Shown here piece after piece: positions 19,579 through 26,725 of a DNA stretch of 28,037 nucleotides (within the stretch, counting starts at the first letter, position 1; every line of letters starts with the position of its first letter). The notes beneath the pieces are model-generated. The model had not been told where the DNA came from. It ran no database searches and saw only the letters and a program-made list of their open reading frames with translations. The position numbers and the translations under genes were made by a program. Origin of the DNA: a virus (taxonomy: Duplodnaviria; Caudoviricetes). The DNA is taken from IMG/VR virus record IMGVR_UViG_3300021085_000163, positions 1 to 28,037 of that record; one strand, written 5' to 3'.

Positions 19579-20315
19579 TATTTGGACATTAAGGTTTCAA
19601 ACTCTCGTAAAACTACATCCATATAAGATGGTTTGACTATTCTTATTCGCCTTTTGTTTTCATTTTTATTGTATTCGTTTTGCCATAAAGAGACACTAGT
19701 ATAACCATCTGTAGAAACATTGGTTCTAACTCCATCAGCATTTTCGTAATGTACTATGATATCTCTAGGTTCTATGATACTTGTAATTACAGATGATTTA
19801 TTTAATCCGACTAAGGTTTCCCCTTGTTCCCATTGTCCTCTCTCTACTCTAACTCTTTTATTTAGAGGGTCTACTTCTAAGATATGTCCAGTTCCTTTTA
19901 CAGTATCAACCTTCTCTCCTAATAGATATTTTCTAGTGTTTAGTAAGTTTCCTTGACTGTCATAATTAGGGTATTGTACAACATCATCAGTTGTTGCAAA
20001 GGTTAAGTATTGACCAGTATACTTAGAGTCTATATGTGTTTCAAATGTCTCCGAACTCATATACCAGTCATAGTAATTTTCCATGTCATTGACCAAAAAG
20101 AAAATCCAATGTAAATCACTGTCACCATATAATTTAGATGCAACCACATCAGGTCTTTCACCTTCCTGCAATTCATAGTATTCATAATCAACAACTTTAT
20201 CAAGACTGAAAGATGTTATTCTAGCCTTTCTAAAGAAATCTTTTATTGTGACAATTTTACCATTAGATAAAGTATATTGTATTTCAGGAAAATTCTTATA
20301 TAATTGATTTGCCAT
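19578..20315 (-). CDS. gp53: Baseplate wedge subunit gp53
   Basis: Y..FP.I.Y, GERPDVVASKLYGDSDLHWIFFLVN (LysM-like), EYNKNENKRRIRIVKP. Confidence 0.9.
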   Translation of the reverse strand: MANQLYKNFPEIQYTLSNGKIVTIKDFFRKARITSFSLDKVVDYEYYELQEGERPDVVASKLYGDSDLHWIFFLVNDMENYYDWYMSSETFETHIDSKYTGQYLTFATTDDVVQYPNYDSQGNLLNTRKYLLGEKVDTVKGTGHILEVDPLNKRVRVERGQWEQGETLVGLNKSSVITSIIEPRDIIVHYENADGVRTNVSTDGYTSVSLWQNEYNKNENKRRIRIVKPSYMDVVLREFETLMSK

Positions 20316-20318
20316 ATT

Positions 20319-21506
20319 CTAGTCCTCCCAAGGCATTTTAGTTGGGCCAGCTCCGAAAGAATCTAAGAAATCTTCTTTCAAACCGCCTGGTGGGAGTATT
20401 TTAGTTTTAGTCCAATCAGTTGCAGGATATGTACTTTTTTCTTGTTTACGTTCTACTTCTTTTGTTTGATTGTCTGATATTAAATCTCTGGCAGTTGGTG
20501 GTTCGTCTATATTTGTCAAATCCTTTTTACTAGAAGCAGTTATTCTTTGATAATTTTCTTGTGTCATTAATACATTTTCTACAAACGAAATTGACATGTC
20601 TATAACTAAAGGCATACCATCTTTAAAAGTTTCCATTTTATTACCACCATTATATTGAACTGATACATTGGTTATGAAAGACTTTTGGAACCCATCAATT
20701 CTATCTTTAATTTTACCAAACCATTCTATTTCTATAATATTGGGTAAGTTAAAGTAATTTTCAGAAATATCAGCTGCGACTTGATTATCTTTCAATTGAT
20801 ATGTATCTGGCAACATTGCAGTTTTAAATGCCCATATAATGTTATTAATTTCTTCTGACTCATTTATACTATTCGGTCTAAATTGAAATGCCATATCGAA
20901 ACTTCTAAACTGGATACCCTCAAACATAACCTCTTGTTGTGGGTTGACTGTTCTATTCTGTTCAAAGTCCCTTGTACCCAAATAAATTTTATTTAATGTT
21001 TTTGCCAAGATTTCACTAATCTCAGCTCTAACACCACCATCCATATCAAAAAACCCATTATTTAATATATCTCTTTGTACGTTTCCAAAATCAACATTGT
21101 TGTAAGAAATTGATGGTGCATCATTTTTTACATTTGGAGCATATAAATAAATTTCAGTTTTTCCAGTTGATAGTAAATTTCCACCACTTCTTTGACTTCT
21201 TGGTAGGATTGTAAAGTGAATATAATTATCTACAGGATTCTCTCTAGGATATACTAATTCTTGAGAACTTGGCACTATTGGTTGAGATGCATACTTCGTA
21301 CCTTGAAACTGTAAGGGATTTGATGCACCTTTTAAAGCTTTAGCATTTTGTTGAAGTCTTCTTCTTTCAGTTTCAACATCTTGTTCTTGTGTAGATACAT
21401 TTGTTTGATATCCTGTACCAAATATTTTACTTGATATACCTTTAACTGACTTAAGTGCTGTAGATGCTTGATTGATTTTTGATAGAAATTTGTTTATTGA
21501 CGCCAT
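20319..21506 (-). CDS. gp48: Baseplate tail-tube cap gp48
   Basis: VNPQQEVMFEGIQFRSFDMAFQFRP, F.LP....IE, ITNVSVQYN, GMP..I...ISF.E; directly upstream of gp53. Confidence 0.85.
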   Translation of the reverse strand: MASINKFLSKINQASTALKSVKGISSKIFGTGYQTNVSTQEQDVETERRRLQQNAKALKGASNPLQFQGTKYASQPIVPSSQELVYPRENPVDNYIHFTILPRSQRSGGNLLSTGKTEIYLYAPNVKNDAPSISYNNVDFGNVQRDILNNGFFDMDGGVRAEISEILAKTLNKIYLGTRDFEQNRTVNPQQEVMFEGIQFRSFDMAFQFRPNSINESEEINNIIWAFKTAMLPDTYQLKDNQVAADISENYFNLPNIIEIEWFGKIKDRIDGFQKSFITNVSVQYNGGNKMETFKDGMPLVIDMSISFVENVLMTQENYQRITASSKKDLTNIDEPPTARDLISDNQTKEVERKQEKSTYPATDWTKTKILPPGGLKEDFLDSFGAGPTKMPWED

Positions 21507-21507
21507 G

Positions 21508-21515
21508 TATAAATA
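21508..21515 (+). promoter_or_regulatory. T4-type late promoter TATAAATA for the gp4 operon
   Basis: Exact consensus ending 28 nt upstream of the gp4 ATG at 21544. Confidence 0.8.
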
Positions 21516-21538
21516 CCTTTATATAACTTATTCATATC

Positions 21539-21546
21539 TATTTATG
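21539..21546 (-). promoter_or_regulatory. Variant late promoter CATAAATA for the gp48 operon
   Basis: One mismatch to TATAAATA; the only clear candidate upstream of gp48; overlaps the gp4 start codon. Confidence 0.6.
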
Positions 21547-21975
21547 TCATACAGCGGAAGGTTTAAACCAAAGAACTATAAAAAATACAGAGGAGACCCC
21601 ACAAAGATAATATACAGGTCTTTATGGGAACGAAGGTTTATGGTCTATTGTGATAATAATACTAATATCATAGAGTGGGGTAGTGAAGAAGTTATCATTC
21701 CATACAAGTCTCCTTTAGATAAAAAAGTACATAGATACTTTCCTGACTTTTACATAAAGTATGTTAACGATAAGGGTCAATCTATAAGAGAGATTATAGA
21801 AGTTAAACCCAAGAAACAACTTAAACCCCCAAAGGAACCTAAACGACAAACCAAACGATACCTCAATGAGATTGCAACCTATGCTGTCAATCAAGCAAAG
21901 TTTAAAGCTGCAGAAGAGTATTGTAAAGATAGACGATTGAAGTTTAGAATATTAACTGAAGACCACCTAACATGA
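21544..21975 (+). CDS. gp4: Head completion nuclease gp4 (PD-(D/E)xK fold), 143 aa
   Basis: YSGRFKPKN..KYRGDPTKIIYRSLWER.FM..CD, W.SEE..IPY, HRYFPDF, IEVKP, NQAKF. The ATG at 21544 is preferred over the track start at 21472, which overlaps gp48. Confidence 0.93.
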   Translation: MSYSGRFKPKNYKKYRGDPTKIIYRSLWERRFMVYCDNNTNIIEWGSEEVIIPYKSPLDKKVHRYFPDFYIKYVNDKGQSIREIIEVKPKKQLKPPKEPKRQTKRYLNEIATYAVNQAKFKAAEEYCKDRRLKFRILTEDHLT

Positions 21976-22550
21976 AGACATTATACATATTCGATTTAGA
22001 TGGAGTCTTAATTGATTCAAAGGAGAACATGGAGAAGTCATTCAACTCTCTTAACACTGGTAGAGACTTTAAAGATTACTTCAAGTTAATAGGTAAACCA
22101 TTCAAAGATATACTAACTGAAATAGGTATACTTACTGACCAAGATGAACTCATGAGAAAGTACAACCAATTCTCTTCAGAGAATAGTGACCTAATCAATT
22201 TCTATGATGGTGTAGAAAAACACTTACAACACCTTAAGTCACAAGGGAAGAAACTTGCAGTCGTCACATCTAAACATAAAGATAGAACACATGATATTCT
22301 ATCCAAACTAGATGTTGAGTTCGACTTCGTATGTTGTCCCACTGAAGGATTGAGAGGTAAACCCTCACCCGACCAATTATTATTTACTCTTGCACATTGT
22401 AATACTAATCCTAAAGATGCAGTCTATGTTGGAGACATGATAGTAGACAAAGAATGTGCAGATTCATCAGGCGTAGATTTCATACATGCAGAATATGGAT
22501 ACGGTAAAGTAGAATGTTGGAACAAAGCAAAATCAATACAGTCGGTTTAA
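21972..22550 (+). CDS. HAD-superfamily phosphatase (C1-cap, Gph/PpaX-like)
   Basis: Motif I FDLDGVLIDS, motif II VVTS, motif III KPSP, motif IV YVGDMIVD; ATGA overlap with gp4. Confidence 0.9.
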   Translation: MKTLYIFDLDGVLIDSKENMEKSFNSLNTGRDFKDYFKLIGKPFKDILTEIGILTDQDELMRKYNQFSSENSDLINFYDGVEKHLQHLKSQGKKLAVVTSKHKDRTHDILSKLDVEFDFVCCPTEGLRGKPSPDQLLFTLAHCNTNPKDAVYVGDMIVDKECADSSGVDFIHAEYGYGKVECWNKAKSIQSV

Positions 22551-23218
22551 TACCAGCCCGTTGGGGTTCAATTAGATTCGAGGGTAAACCCCTTGCAATG
22601 ATTAATGGTCAAACAATGATACAAAGAGTTTATGACCGTGCAACACTCTCAAAGAGACTGAACAAAATCTATGTGGTCACTGATGATAATAGAATCGAAA
22701 ACTATTGTAATGATAATGACCTGAATGTAATCAGGATTGATAATGATGTCCCCACTGGTACTGACCGAATTGCACTTACACTTGACACACTTGATGCAGA
22801 CATCTATGTTAACATTCAAGGTGACGAACCCCTGATTGACCCTGATGCAATTGATAAACTAATAGAGTCTTACACACTAGGTAGTGTATCGAATGCATAT
22901 GTTAAAATAAAACAAGATTATAAAAACAGTGATATAAATGTTGTTAAAGTTTCATTCAATAAAGACAACTATGCAACTCATTTTTCTAGACTACCTATCT
23001 CACCTTATCAACAAATGGGATTGTATGCATTCGATAGAGACATGTTATCAATGTTCTTAACACTTACTAGAGGTGAGTTTGAAAAAAGAGAGAATGTAGA
23101 AATGTTTAGATATGTAGAGAATGGACACAAAGTTAAAATGGTAGAGGTCAATGATATCGGATTATCTGTAGATACGCCTGATGACATAAAACTAGTAGAG
23201 GAATATTTAAATGGATGA
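22514..23218 (+). CDS. kdsB: KdsB/KpsU-like CMP-ulosonate cytidylyltransferase
   Basis: IPARWGSIRFEGKPLAMING, VVTDD, TGTDRI, VNIQGDEP, VVKV, FSR, SVDTPDD: the full CMP-Kdo synthetase motif set. Confidence 0.85.
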   Translation: MLEQSKINTVGLIPARWGSIRFEGKPLAMINGQTMIQRVYDRATLSKRLNKIYVVTDDNRIENYCNDNDLNVIRIDNDVPTGTDRIALTLDTLDADIYVNIQGDEPLIDPDAIDKLIESYTLGSVSNAYVKIKQDYKNSDINVVKVSFNKDNYATHFSRLPISPYQQMGLYAFDRDMLSMFLTLTRGEFEKRENVEMFRYVENGHKVKMVEVNDIGLSVDTPDDIKLVEEYLNG

Positions 23219-23837
23219 GATTAAGCACTTAAACACCCAAAATGATATAGACGAGCTCAGAACAATATTTGATGGGTTAGTGGTCAAACCCAAATTAGTC
23301 ACATTGGGTGAAGCACTAGAAAACGATTGGGAACCTAAACCTAAAGACCATCTAAGACTAGCAAAACATTTACTAGAAAACAAAGAACTAGAACCAGTTG
23401 TTGCAGAAAACTTTAGAGAGAAAATGTCCATTCATAAGTACAACGAAAACTTTCATGCAACAAAACTTATATGGTTAATCAATGAGATTAGAACTAAAGG
23501 TTTGTATTCGGTTCCTCAAGCTTGGATGAATGGTAACAAATGGAAGGTTCACCCAGGCACCCATAGAGTTCATGCACTTATACACTTGAATAAGTTAGAC
23601 CAAGAGTTTGTGTTATGGGACAAAGAATCTACTTTAAACAACCCACTTGATTTTGATACTTGGTTAGGTTTGTTTTCTAAGAGTGATAATAACATGTTTG
23701 CAGTTCTGAAACCTAACATTCTTGAGATGCATGTTTCAGAAGACCGAAACGAAATGTACGCAAACAGTATTAAGGTTATGCAAACTGTAAAAGAAATAAA
23801 ATTTACAGAAGAATCTCTACTAAATTATTCCTTTTAA
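23211..23837 (+). CDS. Hypothetical protein with probable ParB/sulfiredoxin-like fold
   Basis: WLINEIRTKGLYSVP...WKVHPGTHRVHAL matches the ParB/Srx pattern (helix-G...P-strands-GxHR-helix); overlaps the kdsB-like stop by 8 nt. Confidence 0.6.
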   Translation: MDEIKHLNTQNDIDELRTIFDGLVVKPKLVTLGEALENDWEPKPKDHLRLAKHLLENKELEPVVAENFREKMSIHKYNENFHATKLIWLINEIRTKGLYSVPQAWMNGNKWKVHPGTHRVHALIHLNKLDQEFVLWDKESTLNNPLDFDTWLGLFSKSDNNMFAVLKPNILEMHVSEDRNEMYANSIKVMQTVKEIKFTEESLLNYSF

Positions 23838-23838
23838 C

Positions 23839-23846
23839 TATAAATA
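23839..23846 (+). promoter_or_regulatory. T4-type late promoter TATAAATA, 5 nt before the gp2 ATG
   Basis: TATAAATA-GTATT-ATG, the same 16-mer found at gp25. Confidence 0.85.
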
Positions 23847-23851
23847 GTATT

Positions 23852-24451
23852 ATGATTAATCTTGTTACACGTCTTAGTGAAATGTCTCCTACGGAGTTAA
23901 AACGTCAATCACAAGAATCCTTGAATTGGTTTAGACGTGCAATAGGTAGTATGAAGATAAGTTCTAGAGTAAGAGAAGAATACTCTGAAAACTACGTTGA
24001 TAAGGATAGACCAGTCATAGGTGGAATGTTCATGTTTTCATACATTGCAAAATGGAGAGATGTCCTACCTTACTATGATAGGTTCCCACTAGTCATACCA
24101 TTTAAATTTACAACAGATGGATTTTATGGATTGAATTTACATTACATCCATCCATTAAGAAGAGTAGAATTATTAACAGAATTATTAAGATATACTAGAG
24201 ACTTTGACGGTCAAAGTGAAATGGATACAAGGATACAAATGAGTTATGATTTGATTCGTAAGTCCGCTAGGTTAAAGTGGGCAAGACCATGTATCAAAAG
24301 ATATCTTACATCTGAAATACAAGGACAAATTAAAGAAGTGCCATATAGTGATTGGGATATTGTAAGTTTACTACCAGCTTACAAGTTCACTAAAAACACA
24401 AATGCACATACAGTTTACAAAGATAGTAGGATAAAAGTAGAGAGTTATTAA
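23852..24451 (+). CDS. gp2: DNA end protector protein gp2
   Basis: S..WF, G.MFMFSY..K....LPYYDRFPLVIP, GFYGLNLHYI, PCIKRYL, W.....LP motifs. Confidence 0.92.
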   Translation: MINLVTRLSEMSPTELKRQSQESLNWFRRAIGSMKISSRVREEYSENYVDKDRPVIGGMFMFSYIAKWRDVLPYYDRFPLVIPFKFTTDGFYGLNLHYIHPLRRVELLTELLRYTRDFDGQSEMDTRIQMSYDLIRKSARLKWARPCIKRYLTSEIQGQIKEVPYSDWDIVSLLPAYKFTKNTNAHTVYKDSRIKVESY

Positions 24452-25440
24452 TGGATATAAAAAAATATAAAATACCAAGTATCAAAGACGTTCAACCAAA
24501 GATAGATGTTGAAGCATTACAAGAAGGACTAAGAAGTGATGCAGCTAATGCTGAAGCAAAAAGAATAAGTTCAAGACCAAATTTTTCTATAGACAAGTTA
24601 ATGGCAAACTTAACTGCTCCTGCAATGACAAACCAATTCAGAGTAAACTTCTTTGGCCCAGCAATAACTTCAAAGGTCACAACAACAGTTGGTGGAGTAT
24701 CAGATACCACAACGAGTAAAAGTGTATATCTTTCACTAGAAGGTGTAAGGTGTAGGAGTGCTTCATTACCTTCAAGAACAATAGAAACTGAAGGATATTC
24801 TCCAGTAGGAAAAACTAAAATAGTTCCAACAGGTATTGTTAATGACATGCATGAAATGGAAATATCCTTTTATTGTGATACTAATTTTACAGATAGAAAG
24901 ATACTACAGGCATGGATGGATTTCATTGTCACTACTGATACTTCTGAAGGTGGTGTATCATACGATAGAAATAAATTTCCACTATTTGAATATCCTAGTA
25001 TCTATCAAGGAACGGTTGAAATTGAACATTTAAGAAGAGACGGAAGAATGGGTGAAGGAACAACAACAGTTAAGAATACATTACATAATGCATTCCCAAA
25101 AGCAATTGCAGCACAAACTCTATCAATGGATAGTTCTGATATGTTATTATTTACAGTCACCATGGCATTCCAACATTTTACTACAGAATATAAAGATGCA
25201 AAATTAGTTGCAGACTTATCAGACTTACATAGTGTGTACAACGGTACTAATAAAGTTAATCCTAGTGGTCTAAATAGTGGTAGAAGAAGATTTGATGGTA
25301 TTTTAGAAGGTCTAGGACTTGCAGCCCAGTTTGGTGACGATAGGGCAGAAAAATACCTTAAGAAATTTAATAAATATGATTCACAAGTAAGTAGACTAAA
25401 AGATTCATTGAGAGATTTTAGTAGTTTATTTGGTGGTTAA
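24451..25440 (+). CDS. gp54: Tail tube-like protein (gp54 tube initiator / gp19 fold)
   Basis: NQFRV, C.SASLPSRTIET, ISFYCD, AWMD, L.NAFP..I....LS, FTVTMAF; lies between gp2 and gp26; TAATG coupling. Confidence 0.7.
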   Translation: MDIKKYKIPSIKDVQPKIDVEALQEGLRSDAANAEAKRISSRPNFSIDKLMANLTAPAMTNQFRVNFFGPAITSKVTTTVGGVSDTTTSKSVYLSLEGVRCRSASLPSRTIETEGYSPVGKTKIVPTGIVNDMHEMEISFYCDTNFTDRKILQAWMDFIVTTDTSEGGVSYDRNKFPLFEYPSIYQGTVEIEHLRRDGRMGEGTTTVKNTLHNAFPKAIAAQTLSMDSSDMLLFTVTMAFQHFTTEYKDAKLVADLSDLHSVYNGTNKVNPSGLNSGRRRFDGILEGLGLAAQFGDDRAEKYLKKFNKYDSQVSRLKDSLRDFSSLFGG

Positions 25441-25458
25441 TAAAATATGGAGTAAATT

Positions 25459-26160
25459 ATGGGATTACCAATCCAATCTGCACCAACATATGTGTGCAAT
25501 TTAAGTGACGGAAGAGAAGTTAAGTATAGACCTTTCTTAGTTAAAGAACAAAAGTATCTTTTGATTGCAAAAGAGAGTGAAGACGGTAAAGAAATTGCAG
25601 AAGCACTCACTCAATTGATTGAAAGTGTAACATTTGGTAAAGTTGATGCAAATAAACTACCTTTATTTGATTTAGAATACCTATTTCTACAGATTAGAAC
25701 AAAATCAGTAGGAGAAACAGCTAAATCTAAGTTTCTTTGTTATGAAGATGACTGTACAGGTAGTGGAAGTGCAGAAATTAACTTAAATGAAGTTAAACTT
25801 ACTGAAAATTCACTAGATTCTAAACTTATGTTAACAGATAACTTAGGTTTAGTGTTAAAATACCCTACAGTTGGAGAATTATCTAAAGTAGAAGACATAG
25901 ATAACATAGATGACCGTCTAATTGCAACAGTTATGTATGGTATAGAGACAATATTTGATGAAAACGAAGTTTATGAGTGTAAGGATGTGAAGGATTCTGA
26001 CTTAAAGGACTTTGTAGAGTCTCTTACGTTAGAACAGTTAGAACAAGTAAACGAGTATTTCATGCAAACACCTTCATTGAAGGAAACTGTTGAGTATACT
26101 TGTGAGTTATGTGGTACCAAACAAGAGAGAGTACTACAAGGACTTAACTCTTTTTTTTAA
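25459..26160 (+). CDS. gp26: Baseplate hub assembly protein gp26 (probable tail/tape-measure chaperone)
   Basis: M.LP....PTY, VKYRPFLVKEQKYLLIA.ES, FDLEYLFLQIRTKSVGE, LKYP, two Cys pairs, C-terminal LQGLNSFF; GGAG RBS. Confidence 0.88.
   Translation: MGLPIQSAPTYVCNLSDGREVKYRPFLVKEQKYLLIAKESEDGKEIAEALTQLIESVTFGKVDANKLPLFDLEYLFLQIRTKSVGETAKSKFLCYEDDCTGSGSAEINLNEVKLTENSLDSKLMLTDNLGLVLKYPTVGELSKVEDIDNIDDRLIATVMYGIETIFDENEVYECKDVKDSDLKDFVESLTLEQLEQVNEYFMQTPSLKETVEYTCELCGTKQERVLQGLNSFF
26151..26157 (+). other. Candidate -1 ribosomal frameshift heptamer T TTT TTT
   Basis: X XXY YYZ heptamer in the correct phase over the last two gp26 codons; the -1 frame opens right after TAA at 26145-26147. Confidence 0.7.
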
Positions 26161-26345
26161 TATCTCTTTCTCATGAAAGTTTAGTTGGTTATTATCAATC
26201 TAACTTTCAGTTAATGCAGGAACACAAGTACTCATTAACAGAATTGGAAGAAATGATACCATGGGAAAGAGAGATATATGTAAAACTTCTTGTACAATTT
26301 CTTGAAGAAGAAAGAGAGAGGTTAAGACAAGAACAAAATAATTAA
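26151..26345 (+). CDS. gp51: Baseplate hub assembly catalyst gp51 frame, in the -1 frame of gp26 with no ATG before the conserved block
   Basis: Missing from the ORF track. Translates FFLISLSHESLVGYYQSNFQLMQEHKYSLTELEEMIPWEREIYVKLLVQFLEEERERLRQEQNN*. The YY..NF.LMQ.HKYSLTELE.MIPWEREIY block is the gp51 signature. First ATG is internal (26214). Confidence 0.85.
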   Translation, partial: FFLISLSHESLVGYYQSNFQLMQEHKYSLTELEEMIPWEREIYVKLLVQFLEEERERLRQEQNN

Positions 26346-26390
26346 TTTTTGTTATGTGTAAGTGATTCATAATATTAGAGGACACAAATT

Positions 26391-26711
26391 ATGAGTGATG
26401 AAGACAATAAAACATTTCACCCTGCAGATTCAAACGGTGATGGTAAAGTTTCAAGAGCAGAAGAAAAAATGTATTTAGAATTTAAACGTAAAGAGTTAGA
26501 AGATGCAGATGCAATGCGTGATGCACAAAGACAAATGGCATGGTACTCTTTATATGGTATGTTATTATATCCAGTGTTGGTTATTGGAACTAACTTTGCT
26601 GGTTATGAAAAGGCTGGTAATATACTAGGAGATATGGCAGGAGTATACTTTATTGCTGTCGCTGGTATCGTTGCAGCTTTCTTTGGTGCTCAAGCATTTA
26701 GTAAAAAATAA
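26391..26711 (+). CDS. Small membrane protein with an EF-hand-like loop and two TM helices (holin-like topology)
   Basis: DSNGDGKVSRAE loop; hydrophobic segments MAWYSLYGMLLYPVLVIG and MAGVYFIAVAGIVAAFFGA; basic C-terminus; GAGGA RBS. Confidence 0.8.
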   Translation: MSDEDNKTFHPADSNGDGKVSRAEEKMYLEFKRKELEDADAMRDAQRQMAWYSLYGMLLYPVLVIGTNFAGYEKAGNILGDMAGVYFIAVAGIVAAFFGAQAFSKK

Positions 26712-26725
26712 GGACACAATAAGAC

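Noticed and set aside
143-19956. Numerous plus-strand ORFs in the track (e.g. 143-724, 3029-3694, 6749-7165, 16069-16689)
   Set aside because: Antisense shadows of long minus-strand structural genes; no RBS or recognisable motifs.
21472-21543. Track N-terminal extension of gp4 (and similarly 1502-1519 for the 70-aa gene)
   Set aside because: Overlaps the neighbouring gene and promoter; family similarity starts at the downstream ATG.
21544-21975. gp4 as a TnsA-like transposase or homing endonuclease
   Set aside because: Shares the nuclease fold, but motifs and position match the core head-completion gene; no element ends are visible.
21972-22550. Calling the HAD gene kdsC
   Set aside because: It has a C1 cap and Gph-like motifs rather than the capless KdsC signature; at most a functional analogue.
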